Of a DNA stretch of 64,000 bases, positions 61,683-64,000 are shown piece by piece. The DNA is from Candidatus Bathyarchaeota archaeon. Its GTDB lineage: Archaea > Thermoproteota > Bathyarchaeia > 40CM-2-53-6. Position numbers and translations under genes: made by a program. The stretch lies in contig CAVTBR010000001.1 in NCBI GenBank assembly GCA_963733055.1, positions 800,001 to 864,000 on the forward strand, in the 5' to 3' direction. The notes under the pieces were generated by a model. The model had not been told where the DNA came from. It ran no database searches and saw only the letters and a list, made by a program, of their open reading frames with translations. Numbering within the stretch: position 1 is the first letter of the stretch; each line of letters opens with the position of its first letter.

Positions 61683-62978
61683 TTGAATTACCGGGAAGTC
61701 GTCACATCCTTTCTGAAAACCGGCGAAAGAATTCTCATTCTACGACGCAGCCAGAAAGTTGGAACACACAGAGGGCAATGGTCTGCAGTTAGCGGTTACC
61801 TGGAAGGAGATGAGCAACCGCTTACACGCGCTACGACTGAGATACGGGAGGAGGTCGGCCTTCCCGCCAATCAAATCAACCTCCTCAGGGAGGGCGAAGT
61901 CCTGCGGGCCTTTGACGAGGCAACCGACACTGTCTGGGTGATCCACCCTTTCCTATTCGAAGCAAAATCCAGCACAATCCGCCTCGATTGGGAGAACAGC
62001 GAATACCGGTGGATCGAACCAAATCAACTAGCGTCCTACGAGACTGTCCCTAAACTGAGGGAGACCTTCGACCGCGTCCGCTACGATCTCCAAACAAATC
62101 CTGAATCACTCGCAGCGGTTTTACGTGGGGTAGGAGAGGTGTCCCGTGACATAGTTCACGGAGCAAACTTCCTAGGCCGCCAATCTCTTGAATTGTTGTC
62201 AACGACCGCACAGTCTTCAGACGCGAAAAATGCGGACGAGCTATTCTATCATCTATTACTCGTCTTCTTAAGACTGCGAAGAACCCAGCCAGCGATGGCC
62301 AACCTGTGGAACCTGACGGGAAAACTACTACAGATCGTTGATGGAGAGAGGGGAAGGATTACCTCAGTAGACAATCTCAGGACACGAATCAAAGAGGTTG
62401 GCCAGCGAATTTTGGAAGAAGCTGCCGCAGCTTCGGAGGATGCGTCCCGAAATACAGCCCACAGTCTCCCTCAGGATGGCGTGGTACTGACCCACAGTTA
62501 CAGCAGCACGATCCTAAGATCGTTAGAGTTAGGCCTCAAGAGCGGAAAGAGTTTCCAGGTATTCGCCACGGAATCCTATCCAGGAATGGAAGGCAAACAG
62601 CTGGCAAAGGATTTGATAGTCGTAGGAATACCTGTCAGGCTCATACCGGACTCTGTTCTAGACTCGATCATTCCACGCGTTAACCTTGTTTTGGTTGGGG
62701 CGGACAGCGTGCTCAAGGATGGCTCTCTAATCCACAAGGTTGGGACGAGGAATATTGCGATCGCAGCAAAGAGACATGGCATACACTTCATTAGCAGCTG
62801 CGAAACTGCAAAGTTCAGTACACAGGATTTACTCGGAGAAACTCCCACACTCCCCCAACGACTCTTCGACTTGACTCCAGCGGAATTTGTATCGAACTAT
62901 GTTACCGAGAGTGGGCAAGTGGGTCCTAGCGGTGTGGACAAGGTAACGAAGAATATGTTGAAGGAAATCTACTCCTAG
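61683..62978 (+). CDS. NUDIX hydrolase fused to an eIF-2B alpha/R15P-isomerase-like domain
   Basis: Nudix box GYLEGDE...EIREEVG, then HGA, QPAMA, THSYSS, ESYPGMEG, GADS and KVGT. Confidence 0.85.
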   Translation: MNYREVVTSFLKTGERILILRRSQKVGTHRGQWSAVSGYLEGDEQPLTRATTEIREEVGLPANQINLLREGEVLRAFDEATDTVWVIHPFLFEAKSSTIRLDWENSEYRWIEPNQLASYETVPKLRETFDRVRYDLQTNPESLAAVLRGVGEVSRDIVHGANFLGRQSLELLSTTAQSSDAKNADELFYHLLLVFLRLRRTQPAMANLWNLTGKLLQIVDGERGRITSVDNLRTRIKEVGQRILEEAAAASEDASRNTAHSLPQDGVVLTHSYSSTILRSLELGLKSGKSFQVFATESYPGMEGKQLAKDLIVVGIPVRLIPDSVLDSIIPRVNLVLVGADSVLKDGSLIHKVGTRNIAIAAKRHGIHFISSCETAKFSTQDLLGETPTLPQRLFDLTPAEFVSNYVTESGQVGPSGVDKVTKNMLKEIYS

Positions 62979-62998
62979 CTCACCACATAATAACAACC

Positions 62999-63406
62999 TT
63001 GGCCTCTAAACGGACAGGTACGATAGCCTTGAGCGGCATTCCCGAAGTTGACATGAGGATAAGACGCCTTGTCCAGGCAGTATTTCGATCGCAAGGAATG
63101 CTTAGGGAATACTTCACCGACCTCTTCCCTTACATGCGGGAAACCGTTCGCCAATTCAACCTAGAAGACCAATGGAACAAAGTGTACAGCGAGGTTGTCA
63201 CCGGTGACTACGAATTGGATCGATTATCCATATTCCTCGATCGCCTCTACAAAGAGAAGAGGGAACTCTTCGCATCATTCCTAGGTTACGTTATAGGCCA
63301 AGTTCTCAATAAGTTTCATGAACCCAAGGAAAATCTGACCTGGTTCTTCCAGGAGCTGAAGGAACTAGGGTTCCGTTGGGACGGCAAGAAACTAGTCTCA
63401 AACTAA
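62999..63406 (+). CDS. Hypothetical protein
   Basis: 135-aa ORF directly after the NUDIX fusion. Confidence 0.55.
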   Translation: MASKRTGTIALSGIPEVDMRIRRLVQAVFRSQGMLREYFTDLFPYMRETVRQFNLEDQWNKVYSEVVTGDYELDRLSIFLDRLYKEKRELFASFLGYVIGQVLNKFHEPKENLTWFFQELKELGFRWDGKKLVSN

Positions 63407-64000
63407 TCAAGGCAGGCCTGACGCTGGCGCTCTAAAGGCTTCCTTCCTAAACAGTAGCCTTTCTTCAGGCGGAGCGATTTTCCGGAAGAAGTAGTAGAAG
63501 CTAATCGCGGAGGCGAGGTAGATCGCGCCGCCGATTGCGACGGGCGCAGAGATGGAAAGGTAGGTTGTACCGCTAAGGAAGTAGCCTGCTAAAATCGGGC
63601 TAATGGAACTCCCCACTCCCCAGACGGTATATGTTATCGCCGATGCGGACGCCCGCTCCTTAGGGCTCACGGTTCCCATGAGATAGGATTGCTGAATGGG
63701 CCATGACGCATTCATGAAGAAGTTTCGCGCGATCAGGAGTACGGCCTCGATTTCGTAGGTGGGAGCAAAGATCATCGACATTAGGAGAAGTGCTGATAAG
63801 GCTTGGGTGAGAAAAGCGCTTCTCGGGCTACCCAAACTCCCTGCTAATTTCGGGACGAGGGGGATGACGATTAATGAAGTCGCTTCTGCCGCTGCATACC
63901 AGGGCCCCAAAACTGTTTCGCTAGTTCCATACATTCTGTTGAACCAAAGCGAAAGTAACTGTATCCCAAGGCCTGACGCAAAACCAACTAGGCCAATGCT
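63407..64000 (-). CDS. MFS transporter (5' part outside the window)
   Basis: The frame is open to the window end; RNFFMNASWPIQQSYLMGTVSPKERASA and SPILAG. Confidence 0.85.
   Translation of the reverse strand, partial: SIGLVGFASGLGIQLLSLWFNRMYGTSETVLGPWYAAAEATSLIVIPLVPKLAGSLGSPRSAFLTQALSALLLMSMIFAPTYEIEAVLLIARNFFMNASWPIQQSYLMGTVSPKERASASAITYTVWGVGSSISPILAGYFLSGTTYLSISAPVAIGGAIYLASAISFYYFFRKIAPPEERLLFRKEAFRAPASGLP

Noticed and set aside
100-62848. Numerous short ORFs antisense to or overlapping recognised genes (e.g. 490-828, 10517-11005, 25570-26073, 42630-43202, 49814-50368)
   Set aside because: Shadow ORFs with no motifs, lying opposite well-supported genes.

Overview
Archaeal chromosomal segment. 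Evidence: an Alba gene, TATA-like promoters, RAD55/KaiC-like paralogues and an eIF-2B-like gene. The gene style resembles soil Bathyarchaeia, which is an inference only. Main blocks: the start of a dipeptide/oligopeptide ABC ATPase pair; a lipA-E1a-E1b-E2-[3 inserted ORFs]-E3-lipB 2-oxoacid dehydrogenase operon; two toxin-antitoxin modules (RelBE-like and VapBC); oxalate decarboxylase; pheA, a nitrilase and proC; a 9-gene ilvB-ilvN-ilvC-leuB-leuA-ilvD-leuC-leuD-ilvE operon plus cimA; moaA; Alba; purine deaminase and catabolism genes; three SRPBCC genes; a pentameric ligand-gated channel; and a NUDIX-eIF2B fusion. About nine genes carry single-base indels, most likely long-read assembly errors. 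Five signals stand out. (1) An unannotated 24-codon Ile/Leu/Val-rich leader ORF abuts a hairpin that sequesters the Shine-Dalgarno of ilvB, which makes it a candidate ribosome-mediated translational attenuator in an archaeon. (2) Co-oriented, degenerate tRNA 3'-end repeats sit at the borders of accessory genes, including a cassette-like array inside the dehydrogenase operon. (3) Covarying palindromic repeats with a 24-bp period bracket the RelBE module. (4) A moaA/lysC chimeric deletion scar lies next to oxalate decarboxylase. (5) An M29 aminopeptidase homologue lacks the canonical metal ligands. No intact rRNA, tRNA, CRISPR array, integrase or transposase was seen.
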